This document shows, in pieces, positions 24,729 through 39,588 of a stretch of DNA of 64,000 nucleotides. Both the position numbers and the translations under genes were made by a program. The stretch comes from Octopus vulgaris (lineage: Eukaryota). Below the pieces are notes generated by a model, which was given only the letters and a program-made list of their open reading frames with translations, was not told the DNA's origin and made no database searches. The stretch spans positions 10,478,001 to 10,542,000 of the forward strand of contig OX597832.1 in NCBI GenBank assembly GCA_951406725.2, written 5' to 3'. Position 1 is the first letter of the stretch; each line of letters begins with the position of its first letter.

Positions 24729-25094
24729 AATTGATATAGATAATAGATATAGATTTTCTCCGCTGGTTGAAAGACAAAATCACTATATTTATTTGGACAG
24801 TGTCCTGTTATGCATTAATGGGCCATTATATGAATGAATGTAGGGATTTTATCATTTTAGAGTGCAAAACGCTTCTCCATGAATCACAGTACTCTAAGGA
24901 TTTTTAAGCAGCCCCATTGATCTTCGCACATTCCTTTGGAAACAGAGTAATTCCGGCACTACGGGTGAAAACACCGCTTCTAAAGAAAAACATTCCTATA
25001 TCCTACTTCTCCTTAATACTACACTTTTCATTTTAATAGCGTCTTTCATTTTCTATTTCCCACATAGTTATTCAAATTTTGGTCTGATAACCTT

Positions 25095-25184
25095 TATTGT
25101 CAGCACCGCAAATGAATGTGGATATCTGCTCTGTAAACCTATTGTCAGCACCGCAAATGAATGTGGATATCTACTCTGTAAACC
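25095..25184. repeat. 45-bp tandem duplication
   Basis: Two copies of TATTGTCAGCACCGCAAATGAATGTGGATATCT(G/A)CTCTGTAAACC, differing by one base. Confidence 0.95.
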
Positions 25185-27008
25185 TCAGTGTGAATTTCGT
25201 GCTACACGTTAAAGAATCTCTTCCGTTTTCCAATTTTCGCTTCAACTAGCCACTTGTATTAATAATGGAAGTTATTGAGTTATTACATCAAGTTGTGCAG
25301 TGCTAATCATTTTGTTCATCTCTGTTCTTATTTGAGGTGGCCTATTCGATTTTCCTAAATTCAGTGTAAATGATTAGAAGTTTACGGCACCTATTTCTTC
25401 ATAATTATCACATTAATAACTTCCAACTCTGAACTACAGTACTTAATAATGTACACTTTGAGAAATGGGCTTATTACTTCTTATAACTTACATTACGCTG
25501 CGTCATCTATTTGTAATGATCTTGCGAATGGAATAATGATTATTATTTGCGGATATTTGAAAACGATGCGAGGCACAAGAACACATTTACACAATAGACA
25601 TAGAAAGTGGATCAAATGCCGAAGAATGTCTCCGGGTTCAGTCGGAAACGCGCGCTTCTCAGTGATAAGAATATAAATTGTATTATTAATATTTGTATCA
25701 ATAATACTATTATTAATTATAAAAAGAATTATAACATTAAGGCGTTAAGAAGTTCTTTTATGTTTGCACGTAGCTATAAATTTAAAGGAAGGCCTTAGCA
25801 AAATATATTGACCCCATTATTTAACGGATAGTTAACAGTTACTTCATGAAAAATAAGAAAACCAAAATTAACTCCGCTAGGATTTCAACCCAAAATTATG
25901 TCTTTAGAAATACCACGAGGTATTTTATCCGACGCTCTAATTACCCTGATTTTTTTCTTTGCCTAGCTACGAACCTCAGTTGGTCAAGAGGGAAAGCGAT
26001 GATCTTGGACGTTTAGTGAGACGGCTCGAAAGGAAAACTTAAGAGGCCTGAGTACTGGCACAAAATGTAACAGATTACAGTCTGCTAAATACAAGTAATT
26101 TGCTATTTACTGACGCTATAGCGAGTGAGGAATAACATATAAAATGCAATTAAGCCTTGCCAGGATTTAAACTCAAGACCAAACCCGCTAGAAGAAATAG
26201 CTCACGCATCCAGTTTAATGTTTTCACAGTTCTTTCAAGCAATCGACCTTGATTGATACATTGTATCGTCTTCCTAAATGATGAAACCCAAATTTCCCCT
26301 CGGTGATATTTGAAGAGAAAGTCAAGGCGCATGATAAGGGAACAAGTACCTCGAGCAATGTATTGTACGCAGTCCTGAGACTAGACTCACTGCGTTTTAT
26401 CATTGAAATAACTGGTTCTGCTCGATCAGTCTGTGCTGAATTTGTTCGGCTTAACACTACCACGAACTTGTAGCCATGTCTATCTCTTAGGAATTATTTC
26501 CATCCTCCCTCTCATCACCATCATGTAATTCAACCGCAACAGCTCTATCAGCGGTGGCACCGACGATATAATGTCATATCTGACGATATATGTGATAATT
26601 CCCCTTAACCTGTGACGTTCATATTGAGGCTGCGAATAATCGATCTAGTCCAAGTTACCCGCATGTTAACGAAATCGCCTGGAAATGTTGATATATAGTG
26701 TTACACCGAAAGTTTTTTTATCTACCAAAGGACACCGATAATCTACATCTCTCTATGCGGCAGAAACTACAAGACACTTTAATATGATGTGTCAGTACAA
26801 TCTTCGCTGCATGTGTATGTGCTCCGAACTACGGGCGTAGTTTTCTTGTTTCTTTTTTTTATATATCTTTCTATATTCTAACATACCTATTTAGCATTAT
26901 CTATTTATTACTTGTAAATCTATGAGTTTTCTGTTTGCTGCTTTCCTTTGTACTTCGTTTGAGTAATGTCCTCATCGTCTTGGCCCTTTAGGCCAGCAAA
27001 AGAAATTT

Positions 27009-27023
27009 TCATCATCATCATCC

Positions 27024-27090
<67 letters not shown>

Positions 27091-27185
27091 AATCGTCGTC
27101 GTTGTCATTGCTGTTGTTATTACTATTATTATTGTTGCTGTTGTTGCTGTTGTTGTTACTATTATTATTGTTTTATTGTTGCTGT
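27009..27185. repeat. (CAT)n then (GTT/ATT)n microsatellite
   Basis: Tandem triplets. Confidence 0.93.
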
Positions 27186-28720
27186 TTTTATTCTTATTTA
27201 TTTATTTGTTCATTTACTTATATATTTCTTTCCATTTTTATTAGTTCCAGCAGTTGTAATAGTAGAATAACTCAAATGTAGTGTGAATGAGATAATCTGA
27301 TGCTTTTCAATGCATGGCATTCATATTCTTCGCATAATGTACAGATTATGTTTAGCTTTTAGAAAAGCGATAACGCTTGCAATGCCCATTCATGCTATTT
27401 CTCTCTTTCGCTTTCCCTGTCTTTAGAAATTATACATTGATGGCACTATACATCCATCGAATGACAATGGCCTGCCATTTATTGAGAGCTACGTGATATC
27501 TTTGCTAAGACATGTATGATAGGAATTGCTGAAATAATTAATTAGATTTTAATATCCTATATAATTTTGTTTGTTTCCTTCTTTACATTATTTTTGGTTT
27601 CTTTTGTTTTCTGCTTCTCTAAGTTTCAATATAGAAATTATTTATACATTAATATATTTCTTTTTTAATTATTGATAGAATTACATTAAAACATACATGC
27701 ATATTTATGTATTTTCTTGTATTTTCATTTAGTTTTTTTTCTTTTCTATTTCTCGTTTGTCAATACTTTTCCTTCGTTTTTCTTTTCTCTCAATAGATTT
27801 CTGTTTTCTGAGGCTAAATTAAATGCGGCACTTATAAATATTTCTACGTGTCATCTTGATTATTAGTTATTTCCTTTTTGTGTTTTTTCTTTCATTGGAT
27901 TATTACATCTTCACTTGTTTAACTCTTCAGATAATATAGTTATATATTTATTTTTTTGTATTGCTGTCCATTTTTTTCATAATTGAGACGTAGTCAGTTT
28001 TATCTATAGCCTGATAGAAAAGTTTTTCAATGCATGTCATGTGGAATATATATCAGTCGTAGTCAACAAACAGATGCTGCGACGTGTTTTCAATTCCCAA
28101 TTAAAGATATTTCGCTTTAATTCAGCTAGTAATTCCCTTAAATATTTCTCATGAATCTTGAAAATTTTCATTTGCATTCATTTTATATTTTTATCACAAT
28201 CTTCTTCATGTCAAATGAAACAGACATTAATAAATATGGAGAAAAAATCTAGATTCGGAAAGAAGTAGCAGTGGTCGACGCCGGCAAATATTAATGCAGA
28301 GAAATGTTCGGAGCAGGGATTATGTTGATTTCTGTCAAGAGTCAATAATCTAACATTTATATATTTTTCATTGGGTTAAATCGGAAGAAGTCTTCCTAAG
28401 TTTTCATCCTTCCACATATATTAACAGCCAATCGAATATTCAAACAATTGTACAATTGTAAATGGACAGTTGAAGGAAATATATGTCCATAGGTAATAGT
28501 AGTGATCTCGTAGTATAGGGACGAAAAGCTGGGTTTAGATGTTTGCCTGTGTTCTCAGTGGTGTACACAAGACGTAGGTAACGGCAACAGTGAGTATACT
28601 CAATCAAAGCAGTCTCTAATAGCAGACGAGTCTGCACTAAAGTAACAGAAATAATAAAGATATGATTCTTTTAAGATAGTACATTCTGATGAACGAGGAT
28701 AAATAACTATTCCTCACTAT

Positions 28721-29077
28721 GGAGATTGGTGAAAGCAGGTGGGCGAATTCGTGCCAGGGGATATTATCATTATACAAGGAGGAGATTGGTGAATGCAGGT
28801 GAGCGAATTCGTGCCAGGGGATATTATCATTATACAAGGAGGAGATTGGTGAATGCAGGTGAGCGAATTCGTGCCAGGGGATATTATCATTATACAAGGA
28901 GGAGATTGGTGAATGCAGGTGAGCGAATTCGTGCCAGGGGATATTATCATTATACAAGGAGGAGATTGGTGAATGCAGGTGAGCGAATTCGTGCCAGGGG
29001 ATATTATCATTATACAAGGAGGGGATTAGTGAATATAGGTGAGCGAATTCGTGCCAGTAGATGTTATCATTATACAA
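28721..29077. repeat. 60-bp minisatellite, six units
   Basis: Unit GGAGATTGGTGAATGCAGGTGAGCGAATTCGTGCCAGGGGATATTATCATTATACAAGGA. Units 2-5 are identical, the outer units are diverged, and there are no spacers. Confidence 0.97.
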
Positions 29078-32058
29078 AAGTAAAATTGAGTATTGCATTT
29101 GAAAATTGGGCAAAACTTTAATCTCATGGTGAATGAAAAAATATTTAACCGTGTAAAGGAGTGGCAAACTACTTGATGCAATAATTGATATGCTGATTAT
29201 CAGTTCCAACACTGATCTTCAGTACAGGAGAGGCCTAGAATTTGAGGCTTCTTGAAGGCTCTACTAACGTATTTAATCTTCTTTTGTGCGCAATGATTAC
29301 GCTTTAGTTTTGTTGTAGGAAACAATTTTGGCATGAATCCATCTTGGAAGGTGCTCAAGTTTTTATTCCGGGAACTACAGAAGAGAAAACAATTTTGGCA
29401 TGATGTATTCAGGTAAATTTGTTAATGGCGTTTTCGAATTTAAGCGAGGAACATAACGTACGAATTAGGAGTAAGCATTATTTGAAATTACGTTAAGTGG
29501 GATGGTTGAGAAAGACAGGTCCAAAACGCGCCAGATTTCACCGATTTCGTTTGATTGAAGCTCTATCAGTACATGCCGCATACCTACAGTTTGATACGTA
29601 GCCACCGTCACAAGATACGTGATGTTGATGTCGCTTAGTTGTGTTCCAGAGAAAATTTCATATTTAGAAGCTATTCAATTCAAATGCGCTTTTTTCCAAC
29701 AATATTCATGATGGTGACAATCTAATAGTGAGTGTTATACGAAACTAAGTCAGTGGATTTAGTTATACGAACATCATTGCTGTGGAGATTAGTTAAAGAA
29801 AGGAAAAGGATAAGATCTTGTAAATGTTTTTAAAATAAAATAGTATTACTTGGAAATTTGTTAGGTTTACACGTCATGTTCCAAATAACATATATATATA
29901 TATAAAGACTTGTAGAGAGAGATATATCGAAAGAGAGCAGGGTGACATTGCATGTGGGTAACGATAGCGAATTTGTCAAGAACAAAGTCCTATTCTATTC
30001 CTTAGTTTTTATAGGATATTTATAGTGTTCTTGGTGGATTTGAAAATAATAATTTTCTAAGTATATTTAGCATGTATAAGATGCAGTACAAGACACAGTG
30101 GGTAGCAAACGTAGATGCGTTCTCAGCAGAGATCCGCTTGCTGAATACGTATTTTAGAGAAGTGGAGGAAGAAGGTTTCCGTGAAGCTGGCAGATATCGT
30201 TTTGGCATGCATCCACGAATACTGATTACAGTTTGGAAAGTGAGAGATAGATATAGCCGAAGAATTGTTATTGGGTGTAAACTTTGAAAAGTAAATAAAG
30301 AAACATAATCATAGTAAGAGTTATAAAAAGTGTTAATGTGTCTCTTGCTGATATTAACGTGAATAAGTTCAAAGATGAGGAAGATGTCGACAGCATATGC
30401 AGTGACGCTACTGTTAGAGTGAAGCTTAAAGGAAAGTGTTGTATCACTTTAGGAATCGACAAACTATATGTCTTCATATATTTGTTCATCGGAGAGGAAG
30501 TTGATACTTTTTTTAGAAAAATGCTGTTTGGTATACAGGTTGGGTCGTCATACATGTACATTGGAGAAAGGGTAAAACATCTAGCGTGTTTTATATAATT
30601 TAGAATACTTGACAGCCTTATGACATTTGAGAAGGGAGACATGTTTGCTGCCTTGAGTGTAAGACAAAAATTACCCAGGGGAATAAGAGGGTATGATGTG
30701 GAACTGAAGGATGGAAAACATCACCCAGATCATGTGTAAATGATGCACAAATTAAAAGGCTTGTGAAGAAATAAAGAATGAGAAGCAGATGTAGAATACA
30801 GAACTACAGTTGGTAGCAACAAAATCATCAGGTACTTTTGATGGGATTAATGCGCTGAAATTTTCCGCTGATTGTAATATATTTGGCAACTAATTGCCTA
30901 TACTTAAATTTAGAATCATATTTCTCATAATATCTGTTTATATTGAATCATAATTCTTATAATATCTGTTTATTTTGAATGAAAAGAAATACATTCTATG
31001 GCAATACGTAACTTGAAAATGAATCTTAATGAATCCCTGTAAATATCGTAATCTTCATAGATATATCATTTTCGAAGCATCTCTTAGAAATAGCATTTAT
31101 ATTTATCAGCTTTATTTCATAAACTGTGGCCATGGATCCATTCAATAATTTCAAAGCTTCAAGTTTTAGCCTAACAGTGAGAAAAGCAAATATAATGGAT
31201 ATACTTAAAACGCTTTTAAGAGTATTCTCGCATTTGCATGTGTACATTCATATACATAGCTCACTATTTGTGCGTGAATAGTTCACTCTCCACATTATGC
31301 TGTAATATTTAAGGTGATAATCTTAACACTTTAGATTAATTCTTTTACCACAGATCATGAACCATTTCAATCGCTCAAAATGTGTGATCTTCATGCTTAA
31401 CTTCCTATTACACTATTGAACAAAAGTTCATTATTTGTGAACTTTGAATGACATTTACAAAACAAGGTCCAACTATGAATTTATTTCTTTCGTACATATG
31501 AATTTATATACACTAAAAATATGTAAATACTATATAATGTAACGATAAATCTAGACCAAAAACAACCCGGATTTCTTTATATAAATATGCTATTATAGAT
31601 AAGGACGCACTGTGAGAGAAGTGTTGTGGATTTCGTTTCGCAATCACGGTGCCCCAGTTTTGATTCTACTGTGCAATTGCCTATTACTGTAATTCTATTT
31701 GATCTATATTCTTTATGAGTAATATTCGAGAAAGCAAGATTACATGTGAAAACATAGGATTGTTCGCATCTCTAATTTAAAGGCGCAGACTTGTCATCTA
31801 ACTCTATTCTGATTATACCATTGCTCATCATTTTATATGCCAATTCCATGAGCAGGTTATTCATTTGTACTGTCGACGAAATGATGTTCACTGGAACAGA
31901 AGGAGATATGTTTACATTACCAGAAGCATTAAAATATTAAGTCTTTAATGATACATATGGTAATATATACGTGATCTGCGTAGGACAATTGGATACGTGC
32001 GTGACATGTTTTCTAATGACTGACTTTGGCAGCCACAGGTAATTGTACTATGTATACG

Positions 32059-32149
<91 letters not shown>

Positions 32150-32514
32150 CTGTGTATATTGCTGTATACATCTATGTGCGTGTGTGTGCGTGTGTGTGTC
32201 GATGTATGTGTATGTAGCTATGCAGTATGCGTGCAAGCATGAAAATAATCGAAAGATAAACAGTATAAAAATAGAAAATGCCAACGTTTAACAGAGAAAG
32301 CAGAACTACTGGACAAAACAATGAAGTGATGGAAGAAAAAGGGAAGAAATTGTCTTTAGGGATGAAAGTAGAATGGGAGATGATATTTGAAGTGAAAAAA
32401 GAGAGAGGCCTACGTGAGTTAATGGACAAATATTAGAGAAAGGAGACGAACGATAGTTAAGAAGATATATTGTAAGACCTCTCAGTTCGATTGTAAATTT
32501 CGAGTAAGCAAATA

Positions 32515-33626
32515 ACAGGTCGGTTCAAAAGGAATGTCCGATTTCTAGAAAAAATGTTTCAGAGCAAATTTATCAGTTTTTTAACCCCTTCTTTGCGTTT
32601 TAAGATATCCCTGATGTGTATCTAAATCGTACTATTTTCTTTCAGATTATCTAACGTCTGGTGATAATTCTTAGAAAATTATACTACTATGTTTGTTCCA
32701 TCTAAATATCACTTAAGAAATGTTTTATTCTACGAGTTTAATGCAAGTGCGGAAGCAAGCTCTATTCAGATCACTTATGGGGATGATGTAGTGAATGAAA
32801 GAAGTGCCAGGAGGTGGTTTTCCCGTTTCCAATGTAGCGATTTCCCTTTGAAAGAAGAGCCAAAATAGGGTCGTCCAAAACAACTTGATTCCGAAATGTT
32901 GAAAGCTCTTGTTTCAGAGAACCCTACCGTTATTAATAGGGAACTTGCAAAACAGTTAGTCATGGCCAATCCAACCGTGGTACGCCAGCTAAAACACTTT
33001 GGAAAGGTTTCAGTGGCTGGAAAATGGGTCCCTCAGGAGCTGTCTCCAGAGAATAGACAACAGCATGCTGCTTGTTTTCAATCATTGCTTAGACAGGCTT
33101 GTTACAGGTGATGAGAGGTGGATTTTTTACCATAACGTTCAACGCCGCCGTTCTTGGATCAGTCGAGAAAGACGCCCAGTTCAACAACGGAGAGTAGGAG
33201 GTCATCCAAAGAATATCATTTTGAGTGAATGGTGGGATATTAAAGGTGTAATCCATTATGAACTGTTACAACTAAGCTAGACTGACCAGAACCCTCTTAG
33301 AAGAACTTGGTTGGGAAATACTGCCTCATCCTGCATATTCTCCTGATCTTGCTCCTTCTGATCTCTATTTGTTCCGAGGACTATAGAACCATTTTGATGG
33401 GCTTAGGTTAACAACAAGAGAAGAGACTGAAAATTAATTGGATTCCTATTTTGGTTCTAAACCTACAGAAGTTTACATGCGATGCATTTATAAGATTTAT
33501 GGAAGATGGAATGAAGTCATTGAAAGCAATGGAGAGTATGTTAAGGAATAAATATTTCCACAGTCATTGGCTTATTCATATTTACCTCAGATCTTAAAAT
33601 CGGACATTACTTTGGCACAAAACTAA
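32515..33626 (+). mobile_element. Mariner (DD34D) transposon, decayed, with ~30-bp TIRs
   Basis: TIRs ACAGGTCGGTTCAAAAGGAATGTCCGATTT and AAATCGGACATTACTTTGGCACAAAACTAA with TA flanks. Confidence 0.9.
32689..33551 (+). pseudogene. Mariner transposase pseudogene
   Basis: Diagnostic WVPQELS, LVTGDERWIFY and LPHPAYSPDLAPSDLYLF motifs. It has internal stops, a frameshift and a deletion spanning the second catalytic Asp. Confidence 0.92.
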
Positions 33627-33879
33627 TATACTTCATATGTTAAACATCGCTAAGATCATGCTTCCAAGATACTTTAATCCGTTCTGTTAGTGTTAGTATT
33701 TGTTTAAAATCATTCAGTTTGAAAACTCTTTCTCTATTCCAAAATCTCTATTTCACATTGTAAGCAAAAGGTGATAGATAATGAAGAAAGTAAAGATTAC
33801 TGGCCTATATAAAAGTATAAGAAAACTCAATGCAAGGAGTTTTGAGGATACTAGATTGCTGCACATATCTTTGGTTCCC

Positions 33880-34555
33880 ACGTATACCCAGTTTGTTAGA
33901 AAATCTGAAGTGCTACAGAGAATCTTAACATGAAAGATAACTTCAGTTAAAAGACTTAATTGTATAGAATGTCTTAAATCTGTACACCTTTGAACGACTC
34001 AGAGAATGATATGGCGTTCTAAGCAAAGGCCTCCACGTACATTTCGGTGCAAGAATTGGTAGACACCATCAAGTCTCCCATTTGCCACCTTCCAAATCAC
34101 GAGAAATAATACAATACTGCAGATGTCTTTATTCCGAGGACTGCAAGTGTTCAGCTGCCTACAGAGAATAATTGGAGACCTAAAAAAGGCCTTTTAATAA
34201 AATATTACAGATATCATTGGATGAATCCGTAACCAAAATATCTATTTATTTACTACCCACAAGGGGCTAAACACAAAGAGGACAAACAAGGACAGACACA
34301 CGAATTAAATCGATTATATCGATCCCAGTACGCAACTGGTACTTAATTTATCGACCCCGAATGGATGAAAGGCAAAGTCGACCCCGACAGAATTTGAACT
34401 CAGAACGAAACGGCAGACGAAATGCCGCTAAGCATTTCGCCCGGTGTGCTAACGTTTCTGCCAGCTCGCCGCCTTTCCGTAACCAAAATATCACACCAGC
34501 CACCTGTAGAAGGTCACGTTCAAAGAAGGTCAGCTCCGGCTAACTAAGCTTCAGA
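33880..34555 (+). mobile_element. CR1-group LINE 3' fragment interrupted by a SINE
   Basis: CLKSVHL/LYTFERLRE...RIGRHH...QYCRCL.FRGLQVFSCL...-[SINE]-.QPPVEGHVQRRSAPAN resembles the post-RT C-terminus of CR1/L2-group elements. Confidence 0.6.
34243..34475 (-). mobile_element. SINE group B monomer with 17-bp TSD
   Basis: TCCGTAACCAAAATATC at 34226-34242 and 34476-34492. Confidence 0.93.
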
Positions 34556-35335
34556 TCAACATCCAGCGAGAAAAACTAAAAATACAGAAAAATCTAGTAA
34601 TATATAGAAAATAATGAAATAGAAATAAAGCAGTACTTCAGCGTGGCCACAGTCCATTGACTGGAACCAATAAAATAATAAATGAATAAAAGAATTGAGA
34701 CTATCTATACATTCATAAAAAACCACAGTGTTATGCTTATAAATATGAGTCTTCATGTGAACAAAATATCGCCATGAATTTGTGCATAAATAATTATTTA
34801 TAATACATGAAGCATACAAAAGTAAATACAAATAGCGACGAATTAATAATGGTTCAAATAATAGAATTAGTTAATGGAAATATATATACTGCAATATGTT
34901 ATATAATATTAAAGCAGATATGGTATAAGTGTAATTTGTCGCAGAAATATGCTGGTATATTTACATAAAGAGGATTAGAATTAATAGTTGAATTAAAATT
35001 GAATGTTAAATTAATGAAACGTTCGAACTGTGATATCAGAATCTTTGTACAATTGATATAAGATTTTTATAAGATTTTTATAAGATGAGTAAATGATGTA
35101 CAAGATATGATGACCCTCTGTCAGGATACAAACAGGCTGTTAATTTATGAAATAGGTATAAATACTTTTGAAAACGTTAGGATAACTTTAACATGAATGG
35201 GTCAAGAAGATCTTTTGTCAGTGTCTTTTATACAGATATTGGTTCATTCATATAAAAGATTTCCTGTTTGTGACATGCGACTTTCCGAGTTAATTCTAAT
35301 GTTATGCCCTCATTCAAAAAAATATATTAAAGTCG

Positions 35336-35409
35336 GGCAAGTGTCTTCTACTATAGCCTCGGGCCGACCAAAGCCATCGGTAGATGGAAACTGAAAGAAG
35401 CCCGTCGTG

Positions 35410-35440
<31 letters not shown>

Positions 35441-35662
35441 GCGTGTGTATATGTTTGTATGTCTGTGTTTGTCCTGCCAACATCGCTTGACAACCGATGC
35501 TGGTTTGTTCACGTCCCCGTAACTTAGCGGTTCGGCAAAGGAGACCGATATAATACGTACTAGGCTTACAAATATTAAGTCCCGGAGTCGATTTGCTCGC
35601 CTAAAGGTGATGGTCCAGCATGGCCACATTCAAATGAATGAAACAAGTAAAATAGTAAAAAG
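35336..35662 (+). mobile_element. SINE group A, 5'-truncated
   Basis: Begins at GGGCAAGTGTCTTCTACTATAGCC and ends in GAAACAAGTAAAA. Confidence 0.88.
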
Positions 35663-36294
35663 AGTATATAAGGAATTTAGAAATGAAATTATATTTGTTA
35701 TTCATAGTTGGTACTGATTGTAACAGCTTAACTTTGGAGGAGTAAACGCCAGCACGTTTGTTAACTTTGCAAAGTAAGATATCTTTAGAAACTAAATGCT
35801 TGTTGTGTCTGTATATTAATTTAGTAATATTTGAAGTAAAGTCTTGTTTTCGGGAAAAGACCATGATTCGCATTTTTAATAAAAAAATTCGAAAATGCAC
35901 TTAAATCTCTATGGGGTCGGCAAAGTACGATACTAGTCAAGTACTGAATTGATTTAATAGACTTCAAATATATGCCAGTTTGCAGAGAGCTAAATTTTTC
36001 TTTAACAATAGCACTCGGAAAACAGCTAGGATGACAAACTATTTGGAGGAGACTGATTTCTCATTAATAATATTTATATAATAAACAACGTTGGAGCTTT
36101 AACGAAACACACACATTCATATATATATATGTATATATATATATATAAGTATACTCACACTATATTATCGATTCATATATTCACTAACTCGCCACTCTTT
36201 AAAAACGTTGAGAGCAAAAAGAAAATTGTAACTTTGCCATTGGAATAATACATCGAGTAATAAAATCAAAGTAAAAATGAATTTAGATGTAATA

Positions 36295-36332
36295 TTTATA
36301 TACATATACATAAATATATACACATACACACA

Positions 36333-36398
<66 letters not shown>

Positions 36399-36412
36399 TG
36401 TGTATATGTATG

Positions 36413-36444
<32 letters not shown>

Positions 36445-36531
36445 TATATTATATATGAATATATATATGAATATATATATATATATATATATTATATATG
36501 AATATATATATGAATATATATATATATATAA

Positions 36532-36595
<64 letters not shown>
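36295..36595. repeat. (CA)n(TA)n(TG)n compound microsatellite
   Basis: About 300 bp of alternating purine-pyrimidine sequence. Confidence 0.95.
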
Positions 36596-36970
36596 TGATT
36601 CGAGTACAGAATATACAAAGACGACCGTTTACACACGGATGTAGGAAAGAAAGTATAATCAAGTGGGACTGATTTAAATAAGGAAGGAAAGTTTCTTAAA
36701 AGCGTAGGAAAATAAGGAACAATCTAAAGTGGGAGAATGACGAAAAGAAAGGACCAAAAATTAGGAAAAAAAAGAACACCAAAAACAAGAACAACATCGG
36801 AAGTAACGATAGAAGTAGAAAAGCATGAGAATAAGAGGAATGTTTGGGAATGTTCATGTCTGTGTGTTTATTATATATATTAAGTAAATTCTGCGACATT
36901 CTACCGATATTCTGAGCAATTATTTCGGTATTTTACATTTATTTATTGTGAGAGTTGGTACGGAGACCTA

Positions 36971-37006
<36 letters not shown>

Positions 37007-37867
37007 CAAATAAAAGGAAATCTGGCATACGCGCTTACAGACACACAGAAACACATACGCACACACATAGACAGACACAGACACGCTCGCATACAGACAA
37101 ACATGAACACACCGCACGCATGAACACATACACATATATATACATGTAGCTATGTCTGAATATACGTATGTGTGTCCGTATACAGATACTCACACACTCA
37201 GACACACACTCCACGCAAACACACACGCAAGCGCACACAGACACGTATATATATATATATATGTATTTATATGCAAATGGTTATATATAATGGTGTATAT
37301 ATGTGTGTGCTTGCGGGTTCGTATATGTTGTCTGCATTTAACAAATATCACTTTAGTTTATGTATATTTCCTCCTCCCAAACTCCATACGCTTCAACTTC
37401 TGATATGTCTCATTATTAACGTTCAGAAATTTGAACAAACATTTTCCTTCGATTGAATTTTGTTTTTATTCCTAATCAATATATTCTAAATATTGGAAAT
37501 CCATTCTTAATAGTATACTTGATGGAAACTTGTATGTAAGCATACGTCTGAACCTCAGGAGCAGTTATCATTCCATGTATATAATTACTAATATTTAAAT
37601 GTAATATTAGTTGATTTTCGTATTTGTTACTGTAAAGCTAAGTAACTTTGACTTCCTCAGTCTCTGCATTTATTGTATATCAATATAGATCTTTATTTAA
37701 TACATTTCTTCTATTGGAAATATCTATCTATATGGATAAATATGGCTTAATTTCTACAACATGTACCGAAATCTTTCTGCATTTCTTTGTCTGAAACCAT
37801 GTATGTATGTAGAAACACGCGCCTATGATTATGTGTATATTAGTTATATTCAATTTTTTTCCGTTCA

Positions 37868-38170
37868 GGCGTGGTGTTGGTTTTAAGGAATTCGTTTTGA
37901 AACAATATGATTTCAGTTTCAGTCACACTATGCGATAAGTTGGACAATTCTCCTGGTTAAGCTTCTGGCCGACTGACGCTTTTACATGTCTGTGGTGGTT
38001 GTCGTGACGGGTTTTGCCTGCGATCTTCTCTGTTTGTTTTTGTGCACCTCACGTCGCACACTCAGTTTGCTTGTGTGGCAGTCGAATAATTACAAGTCTT
38101 AATATAAATTCAGGGTACGTTTGAGATACAACGCTAACGACTAAACTGCTGTCCAACCACTAAAACATAT
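37868..38170 (+). mobile_element. Highly diverged SINE group A
   Basis: GGCGTGGTGTTGGTTTTAAG...TTTCAGTCACACTATG...CTTCTGGCCGAC, colinear with group A at low identity. Confidence 0.5.
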
Positions 38171-38217
38171 AAAGAATTAGAAGCGCAAAGAAAAAGTACG
38201 CATACACAGATACAATG

Positions 38218-38248
<31 letters not shown>

Positions 38249-38279
38249 CATATATACATATACATAAACCTTATGAAGA

Positions 38280-38640
38280 CGGCGAGCTGATAGAAAAGTT
38301 AGCACGCCGGAAGAAATTCTTAGCGGTATTTCGTCTGAGGTTATGTTTTGAGTTCAAATTCCGCCGAGGTCAACCTTGCCTTTCATCCTTTCGGGGTCGA
38401 TTAAATAGGTACTAGTTACGCATTGGGGTCGACATAATCGACATAATCCGTTTGTTTCTCCTTGTTTGCTTTCTGTGTGTCTAGCCCCTTGTGGATAGTA
38501 AAAAATAGGTATTTCGTCTGTCGTTAGGTTCTGAGTTCAAATTCCGCCGAGATCGACTTAGCCTTTCGGGGTAGATAAATAAAGTATCAGGTCGCACTGG
38601 TGTCAATGTAATCGACTTAATCTCTCTGTCTGTTCTGGTT
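38280..38640 (+). mobile_element. SINE group B dimer
   Basis: A full unit followed by a second unit starting at GGTATTTCGTCTG (about 38508). Confidence 0.85.
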
Positions 38641-39588
38641 TGTGTATGTCTGTGAGTGTCTGTGTGTGCGTATGTATGTGTGTTTGTTTAATTCAATAAA
38701 TAGAAGAACACGAAATTATGCAATGTACTTCATTAGGTCACAATCGTTTCTGCTATCAGTTGCAGTGCGCTAAGTGTTTGTGCATCAAACACTTCCAACG
38801 TGAAGTGATCTTTTCTATATTTGTACATTATTTTCCAAGTTAATTTACACTTCAGTTTGGAAGCTCCGAGGAAGTGAAATTATACATATGGTTCACTTAT
38901 GAAAAAACAAACTTTGGAAAAACACACACATACATATCTCACACACAGATACACGCAATCACAAACATATATATATATACACAAACTGAAAACGATCAAG
39001 AATTAAAGCAGATTCATGAAAAGAAATTTTTAATATTTTCAATGTTTTCATAAATTTCCAATTCCTTTGTATACGCGAGAAAATACTTAAATATTATCCC
39101 ATGGTTTGAACGTTCCATGCACATTAATTATATAAAACAGCAAGGGTTCCTTTTCAGCTGTATCACCGTGTCTTATTAGAATATATTGCTATATATTTAG
39201 TATGTAAGAATGTAACTTCCGAGAAGTAATAAAAATATTGGATAACATCCATTTATTTGCTCTGAGATTGACAGAAATACGAGATGCTAACGACTGTAGA
39301 CCTACATTTATAGATATACTCAACGAGTGCTCACCAGCAGTAACTAAGACAACCACCGAGTACCTCATGTGTTTCCGAAATAACTGAACATACAACAGAG
39401 TTCTATAGCATATGTAATAGACATTTCTTTTAGAATAATATGTTTATATATTGCACGGTTAAGAATACGAATTTTGCTACAGAAATATTCGGTAGTTGTG
39501 GTAATAAGCGTAGGTAGTTTGATGTATATTAGCCGTCATATTTACTCTTCTTATAGAGTAATAATTCTTATAATTCTTATAATTCTTC

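Noticed and set aside
28721-29077. CRISPR-like periodic array
   Set aside because: The units are contiguous identical 60-mers with no unique spacers, there are no cas genes, and the context is eukaryotic.
35660-36100. Possible Penelope ORF remnant (NITKLIYRHNKHL); similar weak hints at 16150-16560 and 46330-46700
   Set aside because: The similarity is too short and degenerate to support by eye. It needs a profile search.
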